From NCBI RefSeq assembly GCF_009914755.1, contig NC_060930.1: a stretch of DNA of 64,000 bases; one strand, given 5' to 3'. The notes under the pieces were generated by a model. The model saw only the letters and a program-made list of their open reading frames with translations. It was not told where the DNA came from and did not search any database. This DNA is from the human T2T-CHM13v2.0 reference genome, Homo sapiens. The first letter of the stretch is position 1. Each line of letters opens with the position of its first letter. The translations under genes were made by a program, and so were the position numbers. Below, piece after piece: positions 10,490-24,735 of the stretch.

Positions 10490-11255
10490 CTGTTAAAGAC
10501 ATGTATCCAGAATATATACATAACTTTTAAAATTCAATAATATAAGTAACTCAAATAATAAATGGGCAAAGGACATTTCTCTAAAGAAAATATAAAAATG
10601 GCTAGAAGCACATGAAAAATGTTCAACATTGTTAGCTCTCAGGGAAACACAAATAAAACTTTGGGATACCACTTCATGCCCAGTAGGATAGCTGTAATAA
10701 AAAAGATAGACAATACCAAGTGTTGGAAAGGATGTGGAGAAAGTGAAGTTATTATACGCTGCTGGTCAGAGTGTAAAATGGTGCGTCTACTTTGTGCAGT
10801 AGTCTGGCATTCTCTGAAAATGTTAAACATAGATTTGCCATGTGACCAGACAGTTCACTCTTAGGATAAAATCAAGATACATAATAATATATGCTCACAC
10901 AAATACTTTTACATAAATGCTCATAGCAGCGTTATTCATAGTAACAAAAAAGTGGAAACTTAATAGTCCATTAATCAGCTGATGAATGAATAAATAAAAT
11001 GTGGTATATCCATACCACTGGGAATATTTTCAGCAAAATATTTTTTATACTTTTCTGCAAAAAGCAAAACTACGAAGACAATAATAAGATCAGTGGTTAT
11101 CAGGATTTTGGGAGAGAAAGGGGTAAATGTAACACAGGAGATTTTTGGGGAAGTGAAATTATTCTTTATGATACTTATGGTGGATACATGTCATTGTACA
11201 TTTGTCAAAACCCACAGGATGTACAACACTAAGAGTGAATCCTAATGTAAACTTT
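10490..11255 (+). mobile_element. L1M (L1MC-like) ORF2 end and 3'UTR fragments
   Basis: aaatgggcaaaggac, gataccacttcatgcccagtaggatagct, ggtggatacatgtcattgtacatttgtcaaaaccca. Confidence 0.78.
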
Positions 11256-11361
11256 TAAAAAATCCAGTAAACTCCAGATAAAGTTATGGCAACTCCATCA
11301 TCATTCTTGCTGTTTATAGCTCCAAAAATAATCATATCAACTCTGGGGTTAATATTATACA

Positions 11362-11706
11362 TGATGCAGCCATACAAAATGATGAGTTCATGTCCCTTGT
11401 AGGGACATGGGTGAAGCTGGAAACCATCATTCTCAGCAAACTATCGCAAGGACAAAAAGCCGAACACCGCATGTTCTCACTCATAGGTGGGAATTGAACA
11501 ATGAGAACACTTGCAGACAGGAAGGGGAACATCACACACCGGGGCCTGTTGTGGGGTGGGGGGAGGGGGGAGGGATAGCATTAGGAGATATACTTAATGT
11601 AAATGATGAGTTAATGGGTGCAGCACACCAACATGGCACATGTATACATATGTAGCAAACCTGCACGTTGTGCACATGTACCCTAGAACTTAAAAAGTAT
11701 AATAAA
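11362..11706 (+). mobile_element. L1PA3-5-like 3'UTR, 5'-truncated
   Basis: gatgagttcatgtcc...gtggggtggggggaggggggagggatagcattaggagatata...gtaccctagaacttaaaaagtataataaa. Confidence 0.93.
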
Positions 11707-12014
11707 ATATATATATATTTTAAAAAGATAATCAAATTAGTAACCAACAGCATGTGCCTTGGCAAAGAATTACAAATATCGAGGTAGATCATGTCCTTCT
11801 TATGAGGGTGCTGACTCAGGATGAGAAGGAATATATTTTTAGTGCAGGAGAGTCTAAGTTGCAACTGTCCTCCAACACTGAGATTAGAATGATCAATGTA
11901 CTTTTATCTCTACCAAACGTTTCTTTTTTCACAGTCAAAAAGCATAAAGGTTTGATGTCTAGGGAGATAATTCTTTGACAGACAAAATGCAAAATTTACA
12001 CATGATAAACAATT

Positions 12015-12970
12015 ATTCACTCAATTCAACTTACCAAGTGCCTATTATATATTGCTCTAAGAATATAAACAGTGAGTATAAAAAAACAAGGCTCTTGTCC
12101 TTATGGCGTTTATATTCTAGTAAGGGGAGACAGATGATAAATAACAAATAAATAAAACAAGAAAAATGTCAGGTAGAGTATTAGTATTCTACTGCTGCTA
12201 TAATTTACACAAACCAATAACATAACACAAATTTATTACTTTACAGTTCTGGAGACCAGAAGTCCGAAATTGGTTTCACTGGGCTGAAATCAAGGTGTTA
12301 TAGCTGGGCTGTGCTTCCTCTGCATCTAGGAGAGAATCCATTTCCTTGCCTTTTCTACCTTCTAGACACTTCCTGTATTCTTTGGCTTGTGGTCTCTTTC
12401 TTCCAACTTATGCCCTCATCATCATATGTTTTCTCCATGCCACTGAGTCTCCCACTTTTCTCTTATAAGAATCCTAATGATTATATTGAGTCAATCTGGA
12501 AAATCCAAGATTATTTCTCCATTTCCAGATCCTTAACCCAGTCACATAAAAAGTCTCTTTTGGCATATAAGGTAACATATTCACAGGTCTGGGAATGAAG
12601 ATATGAACATCTTTGGAGGACCAGGATTCTGCCTAGCACAGTAGTTATAAATGAAGTGCAGAAAACTAACATTGTTGATGCCATAAAGAACAGCTGACTT
12701 GCTATTTTAGGTGGTCATGAAAATTTTCTTTGAACAGGAATATTTAAGCTGAGATCCACAGGATAAAAAGGAGCCAAACCTGGGATGGTCAGGTAGTACA
12801 GCACTCCAGGCAGAAGAAAGAGAAACAAATTTGCTTTGTCAGGAAAATAAAGAGGGCCAGAGTGGCTGGATGTGAGATGGCCTAAGAGCTAAGTGGTACA
12901 AGTAGGAATGGGAGAGATAGGGTGGAGTCAGATTATGTAGGATTTACTGAACTAGGGTAAGCAAGCAGAT
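12015..12970. mobile_element. L2 fragment interrupted by an MLT1 LTR
   Basis: attcactcaattc...ccaagtgcctatta...ttatattctagtaaggggagacag; resumes with tttaagctgagatcc...aggccagagtggctgga. Confidence 0.6.
12178..12640 (-). mobile_element. MLT1C-like MaLR LTR
   Basis: tattagt...aatttattactttacagttctggagaccagaagtccgaaat...ggagagaatccatttccttgcctttt...attctgcctagcaca. Confidence 0.8.
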
Positions 12971-14349
12971 AAGTATCTTTGCATCAAGTATCTTCTTTAG
13001 ACACATTTTAAAAAAAATGGTAGTCGCTGAAAAATAAACTACAAAATTAGGGTTAAAATGTTATGTTAAGTAACCTGATGCAGCATAGCAACTGGAAATT
13101 GAAGTTGGTATTAGTATAGATGGAGACAGGTAAGCTTAATTTGTCTTGGCAAAGAAATGGCATGGCTCCCCAAGTTTATTTAGTGGGAGAGTCTATAGGA
13201 ACTAGACCAAATTATCTGCAGATATTTGCTGGTTGGTCTTTTAGGGAAGAAGAAATTGACTTTAGAAATAAACACCTGGCAATCTATGTCCTCAGTAGGA
13301 AGCAGCTTTGAAGAAAATGTCCTCTGTGAGGCTAAATGGGGAGTACGGTAATCTCTACTGAAGGAAAGGACTTCTAATTAAGTGGGTCCTACAAAGGGAA
13401 AGATGCTTAAGAGAAAATTGCATTAAAGTAGGGACACATCACCATGGTTGAAGGCCAGGTTCAGTTTCTGAAGTCTCCAGCCTTTCTAAAATGTCAGCTT
13501 GCTCTTTTTTTTTATTTTTTATTTTGGAAAATAGGAAAATAATTTAGGAACTTATCATCAGATTCTTTCAGAAGGCTTCTGTGTGGGAATTATATATGAT
13601 CAAGAATTGAGAAGGTAGTCATTCTTTGTTTAATAAACATTTGATAAGTATCTGCTTGAAAGATCATTAGAAAGATAAGTGGAAGCTACTTTCCAGTACC
13701 AAGGGATTTGGAAGACATATTCTCTTAACTTTCTGTTACTCTTGTTTTGTATAAAATTGATCCTCTTAAAATCCATGTCATACTGTCAATCCATCTCATA
13801 GTTATTTTGTCCTCTACTATTCCACACTGTAGTATATTGATGATTTACAGATTTCATTAAAACTTTTAGTATATAGCCTGCAGTCTTCCTTTTAAACTCA
13901 TATTATGCCATTTTTCTACCTGTCATTACTGTCTATGTAGATGACAACGTTTCTTCATGTCTACCTTAAAGATCTTTATTTTCCTCTAATTGAGCCACTG
14001 TTACCCCGGCTATATTATGAAATGTGTTGCTACAAGAAACTATTTCATTATTAAATGGCAAACTCTAATGTGCCACTCTGATTACCGCTTTTATTTTTCC
14101 TGTCATTTTATTTACTTATTCCCTCCACATCCATTCTCCAACTTTATTAAGACTTTTTTTCTGCAAATTTTCCCGATTAAATAGCACCTTTTCTAACACT
14201 TTCTTTTTTTTTTTTTTTACACCACATAAACTAGGTTGGATTTGCATTAGTCTCTGGTCAAATTACTTCCATTTTTTCCCCTAGTCTTTCTGCTATAATT
14301 GCCTGGCAAACCTTCAGTCTTGGGTAAATCTGTCTATTAAGTTGGCATC

Positions 14350-14833
14350 TCTATCAGTCAAAGATTGTAGCCGAATGAATGCAATAGATAACTCAAGTAC
14401 AATGGCTTAACCAAATAAGATGTTTATTGTTTTAATAACAGTAGCTCCACTACGTTATTAATGTTTTGAGTTCCTTCTAGCTTTCTGCTCCACTATTATT
14501 TTCATTTGGCTTTAATCATCATGGTTATCTAATGAGAGCTTCAAGGCCATGAGCAATTTGCCATGTTCTGCCTCACATCCAAAGAGCAGTCAGGAAAAAA
14601 ATTAAGGAAATAACCAGAAGAAAAGGGACAGTACCTATATTTGAAAAGCAAATCTGTTTCAGAAATGTCTCAGTAGACTTCTTTGCTGAGAACCAGTGTT
14701 AGCTTTAAGAAGGACTGTATATGTGTGTATGTATGTGCATGTGTGTACGTGTGTATGCAAATATATATTTTCTCGCAAGGAAAAAGATGAGAATAAATAA
14801 ATATCGAGGAGGCCACTAACAGTATTTGCCACA
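14350..14833. mobile_element. Very old ERVL/MaLR-type LTR remnant with an internal (TG/TA)n patch at ~14717-14757
   Basis: tggcttaaccaaataagatgtttatt near the start and ...actaacagtatttgccaca at the end. Confidence 0.45.
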
Positions 14834-14905
14834 GCATCATTACAAATTAATTTTTCTATGTTAACTCCGCAAGTAATCCTATATTAACCTAGTTATATAC
14901 CTCTT

Positions 14906-15227
14906 TTTATTAGTCAGCTAGGGTTGCCATAATACAATACAATGTACTGGGTAGCTTAAACTACTGAAATTAATTTTCTCATAGTTCTGGAGACCGGAAA
15001 TCTAAGACAAAGGTGCTGGCAGGTTTGATTTCTCCTGGGGCCTTTCTCCTTGGCTTGCCCATGACCACCTTTTTCTTCATCCTCACGTGGCGTTTTCATT
15101 ATTTGTGTGCATCGCTGGTGTTTCTTCCTCTTGTTATAAGGACCCAAACTTACTAAATTAGGACCTCACCCTTATGATGACAGGACTTTAACATGACTTT
15201 TGGTGGGACACAATTCAGTCTATCACA
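14906..15227 (-). mobile_element. MLT1A-like MaLR LTR, internally deleted
   Basis: tattagtcagctagggttgccataa...ctcatagttctggagaccggaaatctaagacaaaggtgctggcagg...gggacacaattcagtctatcaca. Confidence 0.8.
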
Positions 15228-16408
15228 GTCTTTCATTACCTGCAAAAGATATTTGAAATCTTCATCGTTTTTTACCATTCAGCTACACTCTACTTCATCC
15301 CTCATGCCAAAAAATTTGATCTGCCTTCACTCTAACTCACAGAGGAAGTAGGGACTATTATATAAGACTTCTTCAACCTTCTCCCTTTTCCTCTTCACCT
15401 GAAAACGTGCCTTTAACTGCTTTCACACATCCATTGTTTCCTCCCCTTTTAAGTTAGGTACTTAACAACAGGAGTCTTAATAATTTCAGAATTAAAGCAC
15501 GCCTGTAGAATGAACGGGGCCTTCTGAAGTAATAAAGCTAGAACAACGTCAAGTAACCACAGTGAATTGTTTTCCCAAGGTTCCTGGAGAATCTTTTCAG
15601 CAGATAATAGGAACTTTAGCTTGCTTTTCCCTGATAAAGGAAGTGTTTTGTCACCATTTTCAAGATAATGATGACGTATCATATTTTCTTCTTGCATAAA
15701 TCTTTCTTTTGCATTTTATTAGATGTATGGTTGCCCATCAGTATTTGAATGACATCACAATGACATCTAGTGGCTGTAGAATTTTTTTTTTAATCTCCAA
15801 GAAGTACATCTTTAATTACAGAAAGATGTTTCTAAGCTGGAAATAAGAAAGGAGAATGAACCATTATAAGTTAGTTATTTTCTTTCCAATATGTGTTGCT
15901 TTTGAACTTGACTCTTTTCCTCTCTCTTCTACATTTGTTCTAAACAGAAACAGAAAAAAGCAGAAAAATTCGACACTTGCTTGAAATTGACATATTGATG
16001 TACAGTATGACACTTCAGGGACTCTCTTTTGAGTCTGCAGAAATGAGACATTTGATACAAAAATGCTGCCAAATATTCAACAGCATTTTTTAGGCAAGAA
16101 GCTAAAGTCTACATCCATATGATTTAGACAATTTTAATAAGAAAACCAGGTCAAAGTTACCTTTTGTGTCTTTGTTTTACATAGACAATGAACAACAGGA
16201 AAATGTTGGCAATGGTGAAAGATGTTATGTGTGGTGGATGGTGGTGGTGGTGTGTAACATGAGACTTTTTGGGGGTGGGGCGGGGAATATAGCATTTTCC
16301 AATTAAGGAATCATGGGAAGCATTCATAGAACACTGCTATTGGTAAAAGGCAAAATGTATTTGGGGTATTTTAATCACCCTGAAGAAATATGTATTTTAA
16401 GTTGTTAC

Positions 16409-16584
16409 TTTTTTTTTTCAATCTTTACATTTTAATTTTTCTCTTAAATTTTTTTTTCTTTTTTTTAAATTATTATTATACTTTAAGTTTTAGGGTACAT
16501 GTGCACAATGTGCAGGTTAGTTACATATGTATACATGTGCCATGCTGGTGTGCTGCACCCACTAACTCATCATCTAGCATTAGG
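16409..16584 (-). mobile_element. Short 5'-truncated L1PA2-like insertion with a complex A-tail
   Basis: rc reads cctaatgctagatgatgagttagtgggtgcagc...cacattgtgcacatgtaccctaaaacttaaagtataat; 14-bp TSD AAGTTGTTACTTTT at 16399-16412 and 16587-16600, ending at a TTTT/AA endonuclease site. Confidence 0.93.
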
Positions 16585-19149
16585 AAAAGTTGTTACTTTT
16601 AAATAACTAATACATTTAGATTTTATAGAAGAAAATTACATTGAGACATTTTTTAACTTTAGAAAAAAATTTGTATTAAAAATTTCTTTGGATCTTTTTG
16701 CTTTTTACACTGTGGTGAATAATATAGGACTTAGATTCTTAACCTACTAACATCTATTGTCTCAAAAACACTGACTAAATAAGATGTTCTTCAAACTTTG
16801 ATGTCCTTTTAGAACAAATAATACTTCATTTTATTCGGGTCCTATTCTGAAGACCACACACAGAGAAACTGAATTCCATTTATTTTATACTTTTAGAGAG
16901 GCAAGAGGCTGAGTTAGTCATGACATATTTGAATATATGGTTTTACACCACTGAGACCTCTTATTCAGCTAGTATGATATACTAAATTACTGCTCATTTT
17001 TTCCCACTGGAATGTAGGGATTTAGAGTTCATAGTGAAAGTAATTGGGTATTTTCTCACAATTCAGAAACATATTTGAAGAATGGACTAGGACATGCAGT
17101 ATATGCACCTATGTGAACTTGAAATAATTTGTGGAGAAGGGATTTAAGACCACACAGTTAGCCTCAATGCTTAGTTCTCCCCTTTGTGGCAGTTCTTCAG
17201 CTTGAGCTGGAGGATAGACCATTATCATCTGAGGAAAAGATCAATCCAGATCTGTACCACTGTTCGGGGTGCTGTGCTCATGTATTGCATTTTTGGAGGC
17301 AGCTGTTTTTCTGTTCTTTTGTTGGATGGCCATGGGTTGGATCATTTGACTGGATGGTGGCTGTGCAACAGACTCTGAAAGTTATGCATTTGAGCTCTGC
17401 ATTGAAAACAAAGACTAAGAGAAGAATCATTATCAGAGTCTGCAGCCCTCATCTAAGCCAGGATCCAAGAACCCTAATTACCCCTCAAAACCAGATCCCA
17501 TTCCCAATCCCTAAGCACCTCTAGCACCTGATATAGGAGTATGGGCTAGTTATCTAATTTCATATTTTCTTTGTTTGTTTCCTGAATCTGCTTAGTAATA
17601 TCAAAGATCCAAAAAAGGTTTGTAGGAAAAAAGACAATACATATCTAACGTGGCTCTATTTTGAACTACTGCTCATTCAATTTCATGAACATCTTGGGAA
17701 AGCAGTTTTATGGCTTATAGATATTTTATAGTTCTCCTAGTCAATAGCAAGTAGGATTCTTCTCACTCCTGGAGTCTTTCACAGAGGATAAAAAAGAAAT
17801 GTTTGGAGAAGAAGAGAGCTGTTTGGAATTCTCTTGCAGGGGTTAAAATTTGTACCCTCCAAATCTATAAAAATACAAAAAAATTACTTGGCAGGAAAAA
17901 AATTTGGACTTCAATTGAGGTCAAAGTCTTTCCTTTCCTTCTGTAGTGAAATCACCCACATCTTTATTTGTCTCTTCTTTCTTCTCTCGCTCTTTTACTC
18001 TCTCTCAAGAACAGCCAATAGCCAAATTGACCTTTATCTTGAAGGTAGACACCAATTTACTGACATAAAAATCCTGTCTGATTTAAGGGCAGTAGCCAAT
18101 AGGAGTTTGAGCTGAGTAGTAGATTACTAATCATTAAGGACCGTAAACTCTTTTGGCCAAAGACTCTTATGAAATTGTCAAATAGTATTGTAATGGTATT
18201 TTTTTTTCCATTCAATAAGAGTAGTACTGCACCACACAATCCCTTTTTTATTAGAGAGATTATCAAATAGATCTATAGCAAAAGAGCTTGGTGTTGAGGA
18301 TAAGTAGTGCTTCTCTTTGTAAGGTATATAAAAGTGAGATAGCCACCAAATATGCATCATCTGTACACTAGTTCTTTCCTAGTCTTATTTCTATAAAAGT
18401 TTGGTTATCAAAGCTAGCTGTGAAAAAAAAAAACCCTCAAGTTTTGTTTTGGTGGAGACAAAGTTCATCTCTAAGGTACAGCATGAAAAAGGGCCTTAGG
18501 ATACTTTTTTTTTAGCCAGTTATGATAATTTTCCCCCAAAATTTCATTTACTGTAAATACCCAGGAAATTACCTTATGTATTACAAAAAAATGAGACTAA
18601 AGGAGTGCCACCCAGTTTCCTATAATACCAGATCCTTATAATACACTACTAAATGTGCATCCTTAGTCACTCCCTGACAAAAATCCAGTGCCTGGCTGGT
18701 TTTCTAAGGATTTGAATAAAACATATAGACACAACATGAAGTGGCTGAGGATGTAAAAATCAATATTAAAGAGAGAGACAATGGTAACATGTTTATTTCA
18801 GATATCATAGTTAGATGTTAGCTCTGTTAACAGAACCTTAAACTAGCAAAGAGGAAAGGAAAAACAACCAAGTAGGAAAATGGAGAAGGAAAAAGACAAA
18901 GTGTGATAATTTGTAGTTGTGGCTGCTTGTGGGTCTTGAGTGAAAGCTCTTTTTTCCTGTGGTTGTCTACTTGATTTCAGGCCTTTAAAAGCTACTAGTG
19001 CCTCCTGAAAGTTGTTTATTTATGAAAGATTCCTAAGAATCTTCACTCTTATATCTCCCAGTTGGAGACCACTCCATGTATCAGAGGGTAAAATATGGTA
19101 TCTTTTTTTAGCTGGAAGATATGAATCAATAATCAAGATATACATGACA

Positions 19150-19380
19150 TATGATAGATATTTAGATCAATGGAGCATACTACATAGTCAGAAATAGCTC
19201 ACACATATATAGTCAATTGATTTTGTACAATGATGCCAAGATAATTCAGTGGGGAAATCAATAAATCATTCAGGACCAATTAGATATTCATAAGGATAAA
19301 ATGAACCTCTACTGTTACCTCAAACAATATACAAAAATTTAATAGAAATGGGTAATAGACTTATAAACTAAGGCTACAAA
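19150..19380 (+). mobile_element. L1M ORF2 fragment
   Basis: atagatatttagatcaatgg...agtcagaaatagctcacacatatatagtcaattgatttt...atgccaagataattcagtgggg. Confidence 0.7.
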
Positions 19381-21419
19381 ATGAGCTATTCAAAGGAACC
19401 TGTGGCTTTTGACCTCCTCCTTGTCACACTTTTACAGTTTTGCTAGGATTATGCTAGTAACAGATGAGGCATGTACCAGTGACATCCGCAGTAAGTTTAT
19501 AAAGCTTTCATGTAAAAAATTGGAAAACTTTTCTTTAAGTCTTCTGGCATCATGATGCAGCTGTTCTGAAAAACAGTAGATAATCCTTATATAATTTGTC
19601 ACCTGATTTGTTTCAGTATATCTTTTCCGACTGTGGAGCTAATCACCAATATTCTGTACTATCCTTTTTGCACATTTCCAAGGATATGGCCTGTTGGAAT
19701 ATCATGGGAGGTGAGGGCTTTAGTGAGGGTTCCTGTGTGGCATAACCCTCAGCTGGGGCACTGGGCTCACCTTCCAAGTGGTTATGCCTCATCGATTAAA
19801 CTGTCTCATTGCTTGTATGTCATTGATAAGAATTGTGTTACATGGCCATTTTTTGCTTTGAGTGTATTTTATTTTATTTTTATTTCCTATGGTATAGGTA
19901 AGTAAAAATAGGAGGTTAAAATTACATGGTAGAAGAAGCCACTTAGTGTCTGTCACACAAGCTTACTAGCCGTAGCCAAATCTCTTTGTTATGAAAGTGG
20001 GAATTTGTGCTAAAACAATTGATAGGATTTGAGCACCGTGTGAATTTTACATTTCCTAATTATGTGGACACCTAAAACATCTACCAGCTACATCAGTTTA
20101 CTGTGTATTAAAAGCCACATCTATCTACATTTAGTGTTATAACTTCTAGTCTAATTCCAGATAACCCTCCTTACACTACCTCACAATAACTCACAAGTTG
20201 CAACTCTTCAGATATCAACAAGAAAGTTTCAGATCACTTTTCAAAGTAAAGTATTATCTTTATTATATTATGCATTTTTAATCTATTGAATGAGTGCTAC
20301 CATTTTTGTTAGGTTTCTATTTTTTAATGTGCAACTAACAAAGTATTCAACTGTTGTGTGACAAACCCCATTTTCCATGTAAGTCCTACATTTTTCATGT
20401 ACAAGTTTGCATAGTGAGTGTTAGGAACACATAGGTGTGTTACAGCAGAACTGACTGTACACGTGATGCCTGGACTTCTTTAAAACCTATGTTTGTTTTC
20501 CATGAAACTATCTGGCTCTTTTAACTAGTGAAAGTTACTTTTTAACTTACCTTCCCTTATTATTCTAAGAAAGGGAAGAGCACAGACCTTTAAAAACTAA
20601 ACCATACTGGCATGATCTCACCTCTCCTAACGAAATTACCAAATGCTCTGCACTAGCAATAGGATGTCTCACCCGAAAGAAAAGCTTACCTTTTGGCAAA
20701 CTAAGATTTTTCAGGAAAATCATGTTCTTCCAAAACTATTATTTGTATATCATTTGCCACAAGGCCCTGATCAGAGTTAAATTTATTTTTACACATATCC
20801 ACATATATTACACATGTATCTTGACATTTATTTCTTAGGTGCTAAACCCACTGAAACTATACTTCCTCTGTAATCAGTAAACTACAGGACTTCTTAAATG
20901 CTGATAAAAATGCAGAAGTGTTTAAATATCATTAAAAAATACATTGACTATTATTGTCATTTTCAATGTATTTTAATGTTATTTCATAGAGAACTGAATA
21001 TATTTTCATGACTTTGTTGAATTTGACTTTGTATTTTGCCATGGTATAGGTGTAAATATACCCTAGCAACTACAAAGAGTTAATATGTTCCTTTGTATTC
21101 CTAATACAGTGGTCTAGTGGAGGGTAACTTTGCATAAAAGAGATCTCCTGGAAGATTCTTTTCAATTCTGGGTTTAGGCGCAACACATTCACATGGGAAC
21201 ACCCGCTTTGCTCATTAGAGTGATTGAGAAAATGAAGGAAGACAGTAACTTCACACTACAAGTGATTATACTCCAGTGAAAGAAAGTCTAAAGGCCTCTT
21301 CCTCTTTTAAAAATTTTCTTTTACTGGCAGAAAGAAAATTGTCCTCACCACTATAAAGTACTTTGCTCTTGATCCAATGTAGGACCAATCAACTGTGCCT
21401 TGTTTTTTTTGTAAAGTTG

Positions 21420-22410
21420 GATACATAATTTTTCTTGACATAAAATCATATGTGCTCATTTTAGAAAATGCAGATGAACATAAGAAAATAACTATAATTA
21501 TATATTCCACCTAGAGATAACTTTTGCTACTGTTTTTGTATGTATTCTATTAGTTCTGTTTCTGTATATACTGTATATAGACTTCATTTTTTTCAGTTAA
21601 CACAAAGAGCACACACAAGCCATCTCAATAATTATTTAATATTTTGAATACATGTTTCATTTTATGTTTGTACAACAATTTATTTAACCTGTTTCTCATT
21701 ATTAGACATTTAAATTTTCCCAAGTTTTTTTTACTAGTAAATAATGTCTTGATTAATCTCTTTTGTTATTATATCTTCTTGTAGGCTAATGATTATTCCT
21801 TAGGATACATCTCAAGAAATACACAAAAATGTCTATCTTTCCACACCCTTGCTAAATCAGAGTATTATTGTTCTATTTCTTTACTTGATAAGTGAAAAAC
21901 AAATATCTTATTTTAATTTGTGATATAGTTTGGATATTTGTTCCTGCCCAAATCTCGTGTTGAACTGTAATCCCCAATGTTGGAGGTGGGACCTAGTAGA
22001 AGATGTTTGGGTCTTGGGGGTGGATTCCCCATCCCTTGGTGCTGTCCCTGCAATAGTGAGACCTTGAGAGATCTGGTTGTTTAAGTCTGTGGCACCTCCC
22101 CCCAACTCTCTCTTGTTCCTGCTTTCAACATGTAATGTGCCTACTGCCGCTTCACCCCCTGCCATGAGTAAAAGCTCCCTGCGGCTTCCCCAGAAGCTAA
22201 GCAGATGCCAGCCAGCACCATGCATGTACAGCCTGCAGAACCATGTGCCCATTAAAACTCTTTTCTTTATAAATTACCCAGTCTCAGGTATTTCTTTACA
22301 GCAATGCAAGAATGGCCTAATACAATTTGCATTTCTTTGCTATCCAGTTAGGCTGAGTTTTAAAAATATATTTATTAATTATTTAGAGTTTTTCCTTATA
22401 GGTGTATTAT
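21420..22410 (-). mobile_element. Ancient L1M 3' end, interrupted by an MST LTR
   Basis: ttagaaaatgcaga..., aatttatttaacc...tattagacatttaa, ttccttaggata; resumes atttgcatttcttt after the LTR. Confidence 0.55.
21921..22324 (+). mobile_element. MSTA-like MaLR solo LTR
   Basis: tgatatagtttggatatttgttcctgcccaaatctc...gcaatgcaagaatggcctaataca; perfect TSD ATTTG at 21916-21920 and 22325-22329. Confidence 0.93.
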
Positions 22411-23291
22411 GTTTCAGACAATTTCTACAGGGATCTAAGAATTACTTAGAGTACATTGAGAACAAAAAGTCCTGAAATGCCCCTCTACTCTTTCTCCAAA
22501 GTTATTTCCTCTCTTACAAGACAAATGAGACATTTTAATTTTGATACAGTTTTTCTCATGCCTCTATGCCTTTGTCTGTGTTTGTCCTTCTTCCTCAGAT
22601 ATCCTTCCCCACCTGAGAGAAAGCATGTCCTCAGACTCCAAGGTTGGCTCAAATTTCTGTTCTGCCATAGTATTCTGTGGCATCTGTTAGCTCACTTATC
22701 ATGGAATGCCTGGCTTTAGAGTTAGTGACCTGTGTCTGTACCTGGAATAGATTCTGAGCTGTTTTGTGTACTGACTGCATCTTATGCTTTCTCTCTGTGT
22801 CTCTCCCCACCCTTGATTTATTCGCATCATGTCTTGAACATATCAGGTGTGTAGTACCTAGTAAATTTATATTTACAAACAAGTGATGAAGGGAAATATA
22901 AGTAAAACACAATTTGGCTTTATAACTCTCTTAAGTGAAATGAGCCAGTGCTCAACATAGAAAAGAATGATTTGCCTTGAATAGATTTAAACTTTAATTT
23001 AGTATATAAGACTGCTTACATATGATCCATTCAAATAAAATAAAAAAGACATATATATACCAGCATAATTTAAATAATTACACTTTTCATTGTCTGTATC
23101 TTTGCTATACATTGAACAAATGGAGCAGGCAGAGTGTTGTTTTGCACATGGGTCTGACAGATTTCCTCCCAATGGGTCCTGTTCTGATTGGGCTGTGATG
23201 CTCACTGCTTTGGGAAGAGTCTGAACTCTTTTCATAGTAGTGGGTGGTAGGAAAGGTCGGTTGTTATCTATAAAGATTATTATTGACTCCT

Positions 23292-23600
<309 letters not shown>

Positions 23601-24405
23601 CTAGTGAATGTTTTATAAAATAAGAAACACCATATTTTTACTTCATCTTCCTCACCACTATCCTACACACATGCATACAGACATAGTCAAGCCAGGTGAA
23701 ATCATTACTCTGAGGACAGGAGAATTTTCTTCCTATTTTATCCTAAATATCCTTAGGACAGCCAAGGAGAGGTTAAGTATACTATTTTGATTTTATGAGA
23801 TAAACACCTGTTGATTTAAAAGTACATAAACTTCTAGTCCATTGGATGATTAGAAGGAGGACCTTTCTTTTTCACCTCCTGAATGCTCTGACCCCAGTGC
23901 GTTTTTTGCTTGTTTGTTTTAATCTGCTAATGTTGCATTGCATTTTAAAAGGATATACAATTGAACAAGTGAAGTAAAGCAGAGCAATGGCTGAGATTCT
24001 CTCATCCTTCAAGGATTTTTCCTGGCTAAACACAATGTATGAGATTTGGGGATTGTTTCTCCAAACATACACTGAACCTTATTATATAGATGAAACCACT
24101 TCAAATGCATTTCCTCTGTTAAGAGTGTTTACATTTTCAAGTAAAGTAAAAGAAGCAGTTTTCTTTACCCCCTGCTTCACAATGAAGCTGGTGAGTTTAT
24201 CAAACAATCCGTTATTATGAAATTCTAACACACTACTTGCTGTAGGTGGAAATGCAAACAATCTGATTTTTCCTGAGCTCTTAGAATCTAATCTACTTCT
24301 AGTCCTAGCTGATATATATAATAAATATGCAACCCACGTTGTTTCATGCCGCAGCAACCTGGAGGAGAGTGTTATGGAGATGGGTTACTAGAAATGAGCA
24401 ATACT

Positions 24406-24735
<330 letters not shown>

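Noticed and set aside
11550-11575. G-quadruplex-like G-run
   Set aside because: Standard L1PA 3'UTR G-rich tract
15470-15690. CpG-containing patch with CRE-like TGACGT half-sites as a promoter
   Set aside because: Too few CpGs for an island, and the motifs are expected by chance
17184-17524. 112-aa ORF or possible exon after ccctttgtggcag
   Set aside because: Non-ATG start, no recognisable homology and no convincing donor
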